Of a DNA stretch of 64,000 nucleotides, positions 52,241-64,000 are shown piece by piece. How positions within the stretch are numbered: the stretch's first letter is position 1; each line of letters opens with the position of its first letter. The translations under genes and the position numbers were made by a program. Source of the DNA: Carcharhinus amblyrhynchos (Eukaryota); the NCBI GenBank assembly GCA_965287045.1, contig OZ336881.1:53630001-53694000 (forward strand). The letters run 5' to 3'. The notes below the pieces were generated by a model, which saw only the letters and a list, made by a program, of their open reading frames with translations, did not search any database and was not told the DNA's origin.

Positions 52241-52279
52241 GAGTTCCTTGATTGAGAATCTGTCTTTCACCCAAGCTGG

Positions 52280-52415
52280 CTTTAATCTTGTACTCTGGAA
52301 CTCCCTCCCTCAGCTTCAACCTCTCTATTGTTAAAATCAATTCAAAACTGATTTCTTCAATCAAGCCTTTGGTAACACCACCTAATCTTTCTCAAGTATA
52401 CTTGGGCATCATTGT
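52280..52415 (+). mobile_element. L2 3' end fragment
   Basis: ctctggaactccctccct ... aaaactgatttcttcaatcaagcctttggtaac. Confidence 0.55.
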
Positions 52416-52571
52416 TGGCAGGGTTCTGATGAGTCCAGGCTATAAACTAGCAATTTACTGATGAGTTTACAAAACAGGAATGCCACAGCAACAGAAAAAA
52501 TGTGATTAGATTTTCCGATAATACCAAGCATATTGACAAGGGCGTTAGCAAGTGCACTTTCCATTCACAGT

Positions 52572-52696
52572 ATGATGTGGAAATGTTGGCATTGGACTGG
52601 GATGGGCACAGTAAGAAGTCTCACAATATCAGGTTAAAGTCTACCTGGTTTATTTGGAATCATGTGCTTTCAGAGCGCTGCTCCTTCATCAAGTGG
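52572..52696 (-). mobile_element. Second Penelope-related short element with decayed hammerhead motif (52661-52695)
   Basis: Minus strand reads CAC-TTGATGA-AGGAGC-AGC-GCTCT-GAAAGCA-C-ATG; stem II is retained but core C3 and U16.1 are mutated. Confidence 0.65.
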
Positions 52697-53589
52697 GTGC
52701 CTTCAGAGTTTGGCAGCCATGTGGCTTTATAAGAATGGAAGTTCCCAAGTGCATAACTAGGTGATTAATCCAGATGCATGTCATTTTGTGGTAAGACCAA
52801 ATAATTTATATTTTCAAGGAGCAAAAAAAAATTGACCAGTGGAATTCCAAGCTTACTCAATATTAAGAACTGGATAATTCCACCAAACATTGCTCAGGTC
52901 ATTTTTCTTCATTCATATATCAGAAAAAATGCTGCCATAAGGGTTCATCATTTGCAGAGAGACAAATGCACTATTACGAACCTGCACTTTGTTACAATGA
53001 ATTGTTTATAATTGTGTCACAGAATGTCAAGCAGCTCCCATTAATCTGACAAAGATTTTTTGTACGTGATTGCAAGACATCAGTGACATATTTTGACTTA
53101 GCTAGTAGATGTCCTGTAGTGTTGTTAATGGGCAGACTTTTTGTTCAATAAGTATTATACTACATTTATAACGCATATTAAATATTAAAACTCATATCTG
53201 TGGTTACTTCATGCTTGTACAACTTACTTTGCCACGTGTTTTTATATTTTTCTTTTATTATAAATTCTTATGTACACAGTAGTTATGGGTTAGCCTACGT
53301 AAATTCCCATGTGCAAAATATCCGCAATCTAGTCACCATAGCATAATTAAAATTAATCAGCTCATTTTTTAATACCTTCAGTGAAGTTGCTCTCCCAAAA
53401 GCATGGGCTGGGAGTTAATATTTTTGCACAGAGCTCGATTCTGAGTTGGATTGTGCATTGTATTAATTCTTTTCAGGATGCATCTGAACTCTTTATCAAT
53501 AGCAGTATTTTTCTTCAACTTCTGTTCAATTCATTAAAAAAAGACAACATTGAAAAGCTCAAGAGAGGCAAAGTTTATATTGAAAGTTT

Positions 53590-54215
53590 TTTTTAAGAGA
53601 GACTGTGTCCATGTACGCCTGGGTGAGTTTTCACATATACAAAGAGTAATCAAAAAAGTTAAAGGAATGTTCTATCTCAAGAAGGTTGGAATACAAACGG
53701 AAAGAAGTTGCACTTCAACTGTGTTGAGGTTACGCCAAAGCCCACCTTGAATGCTGCATTAATTTTTGGGCACTATTCCTCAGAAAATACATATTGCTCT
53801 TACAGCTTAATTTATCAATATTTGTACCGGGGCTGAAGAGATAATATTCGCTTTAGTGTAGTAAGCTGATAGGTGAATTATTTGAGAAGTTTAAAATGAT
53901 AAATGATTTGCTGGAGTAAGACACAAAGCTGCTTCCCCTGGTGCGCAATTCCAAAATAAGGGAAGACCATGTTAAAATTAGCACAAGGGTATTTAAGGAG
54001 TGAAATCAGGAAGCATCTTTTCATCTGGGCGGTATTGAAAATGTGGTACACTCTTCCCCCAAAGCTGTGGATGCAACATCAATTGAAATTTACAAGATTA
54101 AGAGTATTAGGTAACGGTATCAATGGATATGAGTCTAGGTGGGTAAATGGAACGGAGGTACAGATTAACCATGATCTAATTAAATGGTGGAACAGGCTCG
54201 ATGCCTCCTGTTTCC
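53590..54215 (+). mobile_element. Decayed CR1 3' end
   Basis: RSEIRKHLFIWAVLKMWYTLP and 3' UTR ggtacagattaaccatgatctaattaaatggtggaacaggctcga. Confidence 0.75.
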
Positions 54216-55496
54216 AGGAAGGAAAGAAAACAATGACTGTAAAACTACAAAATTATAGCTTTCTTAAACTGTACATTTATTATGCAGGCATGAAGGAGAC
54301 TGAAAGGGTTTGAAAGAAAGAGAATATGGTGAGAGAGAGAATTTGTGAACTAGGATGTGAATGAAAAGGGGAGCGAGGGGAGTGAGAAAGATGTGTGAAA
54401 GGGAAAGGGGTGGAAAAGGACACAATGAGACAGACCTAGTGGATGCCAGGTTCAGGGAGTAGGCAGTACTGTAAAGAGGTCATTGAGCATCCAGTTGTTA
54501 GATATATTAAAAAAAAGGGTTTGTGCAGTAAACAGGAAGTAGCAGATGAATGGATAGAAGGCATAATTAGAGCGAGGAATTCAGCATACTAGTAAAGCAG
54601 TAGGGAGATGAGATGGGAAAGAAGCAGCCACAGCATTACTGCAAATCCAGGCACAAAGACAATTTGTAGCCAATTCTCTACCACTCTGTCCCATTCAGGA
54701 GGAAAGCAGTTTGTGTCATACCTTGGTATCAATTTTTTTTCTAATTCACTTACATGCATAATGGAAACTGCTAGAAATTTTCACATAATTATACACTGCC
54801 TCCAATGCTAATGCTAACTCCCTCAGCTTTTTCCTTACACTGAATGGCAGAGAACCCACTATGCTACAAGCAAGAACCACATTCTTGTTCAACAAAATGC
54901 CATACATTTTTTCTATTCAACTATACTATTTTTAAAAACACTCTTAAGCTTCTCAGTAAAAGACACAATATATTATTTTAAAATATGAATTGAATTAAAA
55001 TTGCAAGCCCTCAACTAGTTTATCCTACCCATTAACTCTACTTAATGCCACAAGTAACATATACTAAATCTATAATATTTACAACTCTAGTAACACATTT
55101 TGGTGTATAATAGTTAAATGGGTTAAGAGAACATGCAGGAAAGAGACACAAAATTAACAGTCTTATAACTGTTGCTGACCAACGAGATTGCTAAAACGCG
55201 ACACAAAACAGTTTTGTTCATATATAGCCTGGATTATTTTATATTTTGAAACATTTATGCTTTAAAAGTGATGTCAAACACTGCGTGATAACATCATAAA
55301 ACATATTCTTAAAATGATTGCAGTTCAGTACCAATATTCGTATCTTCATGTTCATTTTTTCAATATGCTTGAACACAAAGTCTCTTGAAGACAAAACAAG
55401 GATAAATTTTGTAGATTTTTGTTTTTGGACCTCCATTTCGTATATCAACAACTTGACTAAAAAATGTTTAAAAGAAATGCCAATATGACTCTATAC

Positions 55497-55528
55497 CGTA
55501 ACTGTTTGAACTTTCAGTTTTCCTCGTC
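55497..55528 (-). CDS. Candidate 32-nt micro-exon
   Basis: aaaattgtttgcAG|GACGAGGAAAACTGAAAGTTCAAACAGTTACG|GTatag encodes (G)RGKLKVQTVT, phase 1 to 0; donor is weak. Confidence 0.2.
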
Positions 55529-55604
55529 CTGCAAACAATTTTCAAGCACACGCTCAATAAATAAATTTGGTCTCTGCAATCCCAATCAGGTCTTCAAAAT
55601 CCCT

Positions 55605-55768
55605 NNNNNNNNNNNNNNNNNNNNNNNNNNNNNNNNNNNNNNNNNNNNNNNNNNNNNNNNNNNNNNNNNNNNNNNNNNNNNNNNNNNNNNNNNNNNNNNN
55701 NNNNNNNNNNNNNNNNNNNNNNNNNNNNNNNNNNNNNNNNNNNNNNNNNNNNNNNNNNNNNNNNNNNN
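55605..55768. other. Assembly gap (164 N)
   Basis: Run of n. Confidence 1.
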
Positions 55769-56715
55769 TCTGTATGTGTGGCTGGTAATAAAAATCTTAA
55801 CGATTAGAACCTTTATGTACTTAGGGAGCATTTTATAGTAATAGCTACTGTGAGGGCCGTGATGTACAGGAATGACGACAACAGATTTAACATTGGGGCA
55901 CGCAACCCGTAAACAAGCATACCCCTTTTACAGAGCCTTATCTGATCTGAATTATAATTAACACTGGACAATGTACATATCTTTTGCTCAAAGCTATGTT
56001 TTGAAACAAAACAAGATGGACATCATCTAAACAAATATCATTCATTCACACTTAAGATGCAATCTCTCCCTAACTCCACTCCACTCGCACCCCCCCACCC
56101 CACCCCCACCCACCCACACCTGCTAACCCCACAAAAAATAAGCTACTTCAACAGAGAGTTTCAAAGCTGGATAATGATGAAAAGTCCATATGTTACAAGG
56201 CTACCATAAATTATGTTAGAACGTATGGCTGAGCCACACAGGGGCTCCAAAAATAGGCTGGAAACCGCTTTGGCTGTCTGGAAACAAATTGCCCAAATTT
56301 CAGCATGAGAAAACAGTGTTCTTGACATACATTTTCCAGTGGCTACAGCAGTTTTGAGCTGAAGCTACACAGATGATCAATAATATGATGTAACTTTTAA
56401 TTTGTCAGCTGTTATGGCATGAGAAATACTTTGCCAAAGTGTACCAACATCTGCTAATAAGGGTAGTGCAAGGGAATCGTAAGGTTTATATTAAAATAAG
56501 AGGGGTAAAAAGCTCACTTGAAAGATGGTGTGCCACCAGTTTTGGCCAGTGGCCAGACAGAAGCCTTAATACTAAGGCAATTTGGCAGACTCATTCATAA
56601 ACTCTTGCCTTGGGGTATCTTAGATGTTTAACTTCATGACATTTTAAAGCAAATATTTCTTGTAATGTTTGTTGCTTGGCCAAAAATTCCAAAGCCAATG
56701 ATTTGACATTTTTGA

Positions 56716-57477
56716 AAGAAAATACTTGCATTTCTCTACCACTTCTCTTCCTCAATGTCTTGCAGTCAATTAATGCTTTTGAAGTGAAATCACTGTTGCG
56801 GTGTAGGGACATGTAACAGCTAATTTTCGTGTAGCAAGGTCCCTCAAACAGCAATAAGACTAATTAACAAGGGATCTGTCTTAGCAATATTAGCACCACA
56901 GAAACAGGCTATTTGGCCCGACAGGCCCATGCCCATATTTTTGTATACTGTAATTTCCTCCAACTCTTCACCTAATTCCGTCTATTTATCCCCATAGGTG
57001 TTTATCCAGCTTCCTTTTAAAGGCATCTATGCTCAACTACTCTAAGCGTTTCATAATCAAATGACTCTCTGGGTAAAGAAATTTCTCCTGAATTCCCTAT
57101 TAGATTTACTAGTGGCTATCTGGTCCTTAATGTTTGTCTTGCCCACAAGTTGAAATATCTTCTCTGCATGCATCCCATCAAACCCTTTCATCATCTTTAA
57201 GAATTTATCAGATCGCCCCTCACTAGAGAGGAGGTACAATCTGTTCAATTTTTTCTGAAAGGCATAACCTCTCAATTCTGGCTGAGCGATAATTAATTGG
57301 TCAGGACACTAGCAGAACTCTAGAATAGTGGCACAGGATCTTTTATGCATAGAAGTGAGCAGACAGGTCCTTGGTTTAATGTCTCAACTGAAAGGTGTTA
57401 CCTCTGATCATTTCCTCAGTGCTGAGCTGAATGGCCAACCTAGACTATGTGTTCAAGTCTCTACAGTGGGATGTAAA
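56716..57477 (-). mobile_element. Deu-domain SINE (SacSINE1-like), split by CR1
   Basis: acttgcattt...ttttgaagtg..atcactgttg...gcaaggtccctcaaacagcaat, then attggtcaggacact...gaatagtggcacaggatctttt...ggtttaatgtctca.ctgaaag...gtgttcaagtctct. Confidence 0.75.
56893..57280 (-). mobile_element. CR1 3' fragment
   Basis: ORF 57057..57275 ends KSNREFRRNFFTQRVI; tail cacagaaacaggctatttggccc. Confidence 0.8.
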
Positions 57478-57499
57478 GCAGGTACCATAAGAAAAATTA

Positions 57500-58720
57500 C
57501 ACAGAAATGCACAAAAAAGCACACATCCTGGTGAATGGGAAAACTACAAAGAACAATAGACTGACAAAACAGTTAATACGAGCTACAAAAGGGGAGCATG
57601 AAAATAAGTTTGCAAGGAATTATCAAATCAACCAAAATATTTTTGCAATTGTCTTGCACACTCAAGTCCAGGTCTTTATTATAGATTTAAAAAAAGCCGT
57701 GGTCCTTTACTGACCTTGGGATACAACAGTGTCTGCCTACCTTCCTCCAGTCTGAAAAACACATTCCTGTCACTCACTTAATATACTATCCAAAATATTA
57801 CCAAAACAACAGTAAAAAAGAAAATAATTGTAAGAAAAGTGAGAAATCCCCAAGATCAATAGCTTCCTTAACCAGATTATAAAACAAGGCGAAACATTGT
57901 ATATGTCTTAACCATAATGTTCCGAAGATCTCGACTTGGGCAAAATTGCAATGGGTATGTCATGCCTGATGAAGCTGACTGAATTTTTTGAAGAGGTGGT
58001 TGAAGTAGTGGACATACCTACCAATGTTATTTATATGGGCTTCAAGTAGGAATTTGATAAAGTGCTTCATAGCTAAAGTTGAAGACAAACTATTGAACTG
58101 GTTAGAAAATGGAATGGCTGGAGACAGTAGGGATAAAGGGCAGGTACTCCAGCTGGCAAGATATACAGCAAGGAGCTTAACTATTCACCATATTTCTTAA
58201 CAACTTAGCCACTGGGGTAGAAAGCCATATATCCCAAATTTGCCGATGACACAAAAAAAAGTCTGCATTGTAAGCAGTGTAGAAAAAAAATAAAATCATA
58301 AAATGTACTGATAGATTAAGTGAATGGACAAAACTATGACAAATGGATTTTAATGTAAGTAAATGTGAGATCATCCAACTTGACCCTAAACAGGACCAAA
58401 GAGGTATTTTCTGAATGGTGAAAAAAGTTGGAAGCAGCGGAGGACAAAGCTGATTTGTAGGTCTGGGTTCATGGATCATTAAAATGTCATGAAAAGGTAC
58501 AGCAAATAATCAAAAATCCTATTGGGATGCTGATCTTTATATCTAGAGGACTAGAATATAAGAGGGTAAAAATCCTGTTTCAGTTATACTAAGCCTTGGT
58601 AAAACAAAACCTGGAGCACTGAAAGCAGTTCTGGGCACCGCACCTTACCAAGGAAATGTTGGTGTGCCAGCTAGACTCCAAGATTAAATTACAAGGAGAG
58701 GTACCCTGAAATTTACATGG
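57500..58720 (+). mobile_element. Decayed CR1 ORF2
   Basis: SCLMKLTEFFEEV, gaatttgataaagtgcttcat (FDKV.H), ISQICR./KFADD at ~58230, QMDFNVSKCEIIQ. Confidence 0.75.
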
Positions 58721-58726
58721 TTACGC

Positions 58727-58975
58727 TGTTAAAACTCCCATTCAGAGTATTAACATTTAAAGATAAATTCAAATTCCTGGTGACCAACTGACAGACATTA
58801 AGCCCACAAGATTTCACAATTTTTAAAATAAAAACAAATATTCCTGTTTATAAAACAAAATTAAAGAAACTAAGTGCTACTAGCCGAACACTGTCTTAGG
58901 AATTATTCATGCTTCACTTTGAAAAGCAAAATAATACACAGTCAAAGCTACTTCAGACTGAAATTCTTAACTCAA
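58727..58975. mobile_element. LTR-like fragment related to 45269-45520
   Basis: Starts TGTTAA; shared motifs as noted for 45269-46365. Confidence 0.35.
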
Positions 58976-59105
58976 TCTTCCAATGCACCTGCTGCCATTG
59001 CCCTCTCAGGGAGGTCATAGATATGGAAGGTGCTTGGTGAGCTGCTGCAGTGCATCTTGTAAATGAGACATACAGCTGGTGGATAGGCTTTGGGCAGTCA
59101 GAATG

Positions 59106-59472
59106 TCATAAGACCATAACAAATAAGAGCAGGAGTAAGCCATTCAGCCCCTCAAGCCCGCTGTGCCATCTGGTTGTGGCCTTAACTCTACTTTACTGAT
59201 TCATTTCCACAATCCTTGACTAATTTGTCAATCAAAAATTTTTCAAACTCAGCCTTGAATATTTTCAATGATACAGCCTTCATTTCATTGCGTTTTGTGG
59301 AAGAGAATTCAAAGACAGATGACCCCATCCTCCCATAGAAAAAAACATCCTCCTTATCTCTGGTCTGTCTTAATGGGAGACACCTTATTTTTAAACTGTA
59401 CCCACTAATTCTGGACTCCACCATAAAGGGAAACATTCTCCCAGAGTCCATGCTGTCAAATCCCTTCAGGAA
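59106..59472 (-). mobile_element. CR1 3' fragment
   Basis: Tail cataagaccataacaaataagagcaggagtaagcc; ORF 59188..59451 reads RMFPFMVESRISGYSLKIR...IFKAEFEKFLI. Confidence 0.85.
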
Positions 59473-59829
59473 TAACTAAAATCTGGAATAAAATGTCAGA
59501 TGCATTAATAATGATCAACAAACAACTGGATTATTATAAAATCCCATCTGGTTCACTAATGTCGTATGAGGAGGAAATCTGCCATCCTGTCCTAGTTTGG
59601 CCTTCACTTAACTCCAGATTCACAGCAATGTGATTGACTCTTAACTGCCCACTGAAATGGTTCAGCAAGCCACAGCACCAAATTAATACAGAAAAAAGCA
59701 CCATATGTCTGTCTATCTGTACTTCACAGGCTAGAACACTTCACAATGGCAACTCTTCTCAGGGGCGATTGGGATGTGCAATAAATGGTGGGCTTGCCAG
59801 CAATTCTACAGCCAAGGATAAATAAAAAG
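59473..59829 (+). mobile_element. tRNA-derived SINE (family of 35193-35576), 5'-truncated
   Basis: aaatctggaataaaa...cccatctggttcactaatgtc..gaggaggaaatctgccatcc...gcaatgtgattgactcttaactgccc. Confidence 0.75.
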
Positions 59830-59872
59830 AAAGAGGCCTGGCAACACCTATGGAGAGAGAAACAGAATTAAT

Positions 59873-60722
59873 GGGCACGGTCTACTGGCCATGTTTGCCA
59901 TAAGTGGAAATTCCGCTACAACAGCTTAATCTCAGATGATAGCCAAAGCAGGATTTGTGCCAGCGAGATCTTGGTTTAATACCTTCTCCGCACCCTGCCA
60001 GTGGCATGATTGAGCATGAACCTGGCTTCCATACATTAAATATATTTTAATATAATTAATGGGTTTACACTGTAGCGTCTGCCCACAATATATCCCCTCC
60101 CCCACCCACCCCAACCCGCAGTATTTTCAGAAGTGAAAAATAGTCGCAATTACTAACCCGGGGGCTCGGAGATGCCTAGAAGCCCTGAGACAAGGGCTTG
60201 AGGGACAAAGATGGGGATTGCCCCCTTGCATGCTGGTAATGCCCCTGGCAGTGGGGGTGGTCACTCTCCTCCATGTGGAGGGGGGTGGTTTTGTATACGT
60301 GTGTTGAGATGGGGGGAGGGGTGAAGTGCCCCGTTGCCTGTGAGGGGTGGGGGGATGGGTAGGAAATGATGGATTTGAAGGGGGAGAATGCCCCTGATAT
60401 TTATGTGGTTTGGGGGAGGTGGACTGGCTCCAACGTTGGTGGGTTTGTGGGGGTGGGCCTCCATGTCAGTGAAGGGAGTGGGGTAGTTGGGGGAACTACT
60501 TTTTAAATGCTTCCTTTAGAGATGGCTTCCTGATTTCTGTGGAGCCAGCCTTGCTGGCTCTAACAGGCCCTACTTCACCAGAGTGACACTGCCATACCCC
60601 CAGAGTATCTGTGCTCTAAGTAGCAGAAAATCTGGTCTGAAAACTCAGCTGTGTTTCTGGGGAGAAACTTGCTCATTTTCGATCAGGGCCTGACACTGAC
60701 AAATTCTGGGAAAATTCCACCC
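59873..60722. mobile_element. Harbinger-type non-autonomous element inserted in a Penelope pLTR element
   Basis: AAT|gggcacgg ... aaaattccaccc|AAT; excision restores gagagagaaacagaattaatgtttcaggtc. Confidence 0.8.
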
Positions 60723-60826
60723 AATGTTTCAGGTCATTGACTTCTGATGAAAGATTATCAGCCTGAAGCATGAAGTCCTTTTCTCTCTCCACGGGTACTG
60801 CTGAGTATTTCGAGCATCTCAGATTT
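60723..60826. mobile_element. Head-to-head Penelope pLTR pair with decayed hammerhead (CTGATGAAAG...CCTGAAGC)
   Basis: Minus copy (59833-59872 plus 60723-60738) abuts the plus copy ttctgatgaaagattatcagcctgaagcatgaagtc..ctctctccac. Confidence 0.6.
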
Positions 60827-61019
60827 GTTGTAATCTTCTTCTTTAACAACGTTTGCCATAGTTTGTTGATAATTGTTGTTACGTGGAAGAGACTGAGAGA
60901 AAAGTAATCTTTTCGTTCATAGTTTAATTTTTTACTTCTTTTTTTGAGCTCTACATTCAGTTCAAGTTATTTCTTGCATTTTTTACTTTTCTACAAATCT
61001 GAATTATGCCCCTGCTTCA

Positions 61020-61470
61020 ATTGTATTTTCTTCCGTGAAGATCAGTTGGGTGCTGTGAACCAATCATCAGGACACAGAATACAAAGTTTTCTTCTTTTAG
61101 GGAGAGCTTGCTGAATTATGTGCCATTTAAGCATTCAACTGGACTGCGGTGGACATTCCCCAGGATCAAGGGCCCCAGGGATGGAAGTTCTGCTCACTGA
61201 GATTATTGCTCACCGGTCAATTAGAGGCTGGAAGCTCTGTTGAATGGTAGTGCCACCGCAGAAGTCATGGCTGCTATTGGTACTATATAAGGCCTAGGAT
61301 CATTGCTGAATCCTAGGCCAGAGGTGGGGAAGTGTTATAAGGAAGGTGAGAGGGGTGTTGGTGGCAAAGGTGAGTGGGAGAGGGTGTTTTCTGCAAGCCA
61401 CACCTTTCCATAGATCAGGGATTGCTTTTGATGGAGAGACCTGCCCCACCATGCACCCTTTAAGCAATCC
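61020..61470. mobile_element. Harbinger-type element (family of 42518-43161), truncated
   Basis: Shares ttccccaggatcaagg and ctgaatcc.aggcc..ag with 42640-42790. Confidence 0.6.
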
Positions 61471-61473
61471 TAA

Positions 61474-61787
61474 ACAGTGGCACAGTGGTTAGCACAACTG
61501 TCTCACAGCATCAGAGACCCAGATTCAATACCGGCCTTGGGCCACTGTCTGTGTGGAGTTTGCACGTTCTCCCTGTGTCAGCGCGGATTTTCTCCGGATG
61601 CTCCGGTTTCCTCCCACAGTCCAAAGATGTGTGGGTTAGGTTGATTGGCCGTGCTAAATTAACTATAATGTCAAGGGAATTAACAGGGTAAATATGAGGG
61701 TTGACGGGAATGGGGCCTGGGTGGGATTGTCGTTGGTGCAGACCTGATGGGCCGAATGGCCTCCTTCTGCACTGCAGGGATTCTATG
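61474..61787 (+). mobile_element. HE1-like V-SINE
   Basis: gtggcacagtggttagcac...ggtttcctcccacagtccaaagatgtg...gggccgaatggcctccttctgcactgcagggattctatg. Confidence 0.9.
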
Positions 61788-63073
61788 GTCAGTCTATTCT
61801 CAATCATCAGCAAGTGATGAAAGGTGACATCGACAATGCTACCAAGTGGCATTTACACAGCAATAACCACTTACTGATGCTGAGTTTCGGTTTCACCAAG
61901 GCCTACGCTCCTGACCTCACTGTAGTCTTGGTCTAAATGTAGACAAAAGAGCTGAATTCCTGAAATGAGACCAAAGTGACTGCATTTGACAACAAACATT
62001 TGGTTGAATGTGGGATCAATGAGCCTTGCAAAATTGAAGTGAATGAGAATCTGGGATAAACTTTCCACTGGTTGGACTCAGTTCTTGCAGAAAGAAAATG
62101 GCTGTGGTGGTTGGAGGTCAATCACTCAGACCTTGGGCATTGTTGCAGGTACTCCTCAGAATAAAGTCCTTGAGCTAACTAAATTCAGCTGCTTCCTCAG
62201 ATGATCTTTGCTCCATCACATCAAAAATTGAGATGTTTGCTGATAACTGCATGGTGTTCAGTACCATTCGCAACTCCTCAGGTAATGATGCAATAGCTGT
62301 CCATGCGCAGTAAGATCTGGATAACGTTCAGGTTTGGGCTGATAAGTGGCAAGTAACACTTGTAACCCATAAGTGCCATGCAATGATCATCGCTATTAAG
62401 ACAGAATCTAACCACTTCCCTTTGACATTCAATAGCATTACTATCACTGAATTTCTCATCATCAACATTCTGGGGACTACTATTGACCAGAAATGTAACT
62501 ATTGCAGCCATAAAAATACTGTGGCCACAATGGTTGGTTAAAAACTGGGAATTCTGTGGTGAATAATTCACATCCTGACTCTCCAAAGCTGGATTACTAT
62601 CTAGTCAGGGGTGTGGTGGAATACTCTCCATTTGCCTGCATGAATGTACTCAGGAAAAGCAGCCAGAGGCTGTCCATTCACAAACTTAAACATTTACTTC
62701 CCCTGTTACCAGTGCACAGTGGCAGCAGTGTGTACCACCTACAACATGCACTATAACAACTTGCCAAGACTCATAACACCACTTCCAAACCTGTGACTTC
62801 TATCACCTTGAAAGACGAGGACAACAAACACATGGAAACACCACCATCTGCAAGTTCCCTCCAAGAACTACACACCATTCTAACAGTAGCTGTCATTTCT
62901 TCACCATTACTGGGTCAAAAACTTAGAATTCTCTCCAAGAAGCACTGTGGTCAACCTGTAGAAGGTGGCCTGCAGCAGTTCAAGAACATGACTGACCACC
63001 ATCTTCTCAAGAGCAATTAAAGATGACAAATGCTGGCCTTGCCAGTGATGCTCACATCCCATGAAGGAACAAA
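61788..63073 (+). mobile_element. CR1-type LINE RT and 3' UTR, decayed
   Basis: QFRFHQG, atgtttgctgataactgc (MFADNC), DLDNVQVWADKWQVTLVTHKC, VRGVVEYSPFACM; 3' tail shared with SINE 35193. Confidence 0.85.
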
Positions 63074-64000
63074 AATCCTGATGGAAATTCCTTTGACAAT
63101 TACTTAAGCAGAAATAAAGAAAACATTTGAACAAATACTTTTTAATGGAACAGAAAAGCACTAACATTTTAAAATGATATTATTTCCTATCAAACAATCT
63201 GCAACTAAAAAGAAAATATTTTCAGAAAATACAGAAGACATTAAAAGAATAGCAAATATTTGAGCTGCATTTTATAAATGCACAAGGTTGAAGCACCTGC
63301 TATTTTTTAAACTGCCATAGAGATTCCATAAATCATTTTACTTTAAATGTACTTTAGATAAAATGCGTACGTGACACTGGATTTTTTCTTCTTCGAATAT
63401 GATCACAGCTTGTACTGCACTACTGATGGCATTATGTTGGATGCCAAGGTTGTAATGTACAGCATGATGCCATATTGTCCCACAGTGAGGTGTGATCAGA
63501 TACCTGCCGAAAATGATAGACAACTTTGGCCTGGTAAACAGGCAAAAAAATCACATTTACTAGCTGCCAGATGGGACCTGCTGGACGGTTCAGAGCAAAC
63601 ATCTCATTCTTCTTTGGGCTTGCTTGTCCAGCTTTTGAGCAAGACCTGGCTGATAATGATGAATATCAAGGCTACACTAAAGTGGGTGACAACAGCAGCC
63701 TTGTTATAGCTGCCACTCTTCCTATGCTGTCATTATTACAGGTGAAGATTTATTTGAGTTTATTGTTCTGCACTGTGTGCCAGCTATTTGCAATTCATCA
63801 CTTACTATGGAAGGTTCAGGATAACGGCTGCAGCTATAATTGCCACCTACACCTGCTACTGGAAATTATGAGGGTCGCCAACCAGGGCAAGCCTGCTCTC
63901 CACCACTGCTTATCCTATTCTCTTAGTCACAATTGCCATTTCCTGTATTAAATCAATATTTTTCATGCCATGATGCATGTAAAGAACGGCTTTTCTACAG

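Noticed and set aside
55464-55838. ORFs spanning the N run
   Set aside because: Artefacts of the assembly gap
63371-63951. Two overlapping ORFs of 112 and 126 aa in repeat-free DNA
   Set aside because: No recognisable domain, no consistent splice-site pair, and lengths attainable by chance; could be a conserved non-coding or old repeat region

Overview
Vertebrate genomic DNA, almost certainly from a shark or other elasmobranch. This is inferred from the HE1-type V-SINEs, Deu-domain SacSINE1-like SINEs, shark-type CR1 LINEs and palindromic Harbinger MITEs. The window is AT-rich, intronic or intergenic, and dominated by nested and mostly decayed transposable elements: CR1, L2, Rex1/Babar, Penelope, Harbinger, SINEs and putative solo LTRs. 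There is a 164-nt assembly gap. No complete host gene is recognisable; two or three short minus-strand candidate exons have good splice signals. The only long ORF (303 aa) is the RT C-terminus of a young, 5'-truncated CR1. Most notable: (i) minimal hammerhead-ribozyme motifs carried by Penelope-derived short elements, one with an intact core and perfect stem I at 6650-6692 (-); (ii) three local templated-copy events associated with Harbinger MITEs (a 94-nt inverted copy with iterated ~52-nt units, a 70-nt direct copy, and a MITE palindrome extended into flanking DNA). I see no convincing evidence for a wholly new protein-coding system. Element boundaries are read by eye and approximate unless a TSD is quoted; family names come from recognition, not database searches.
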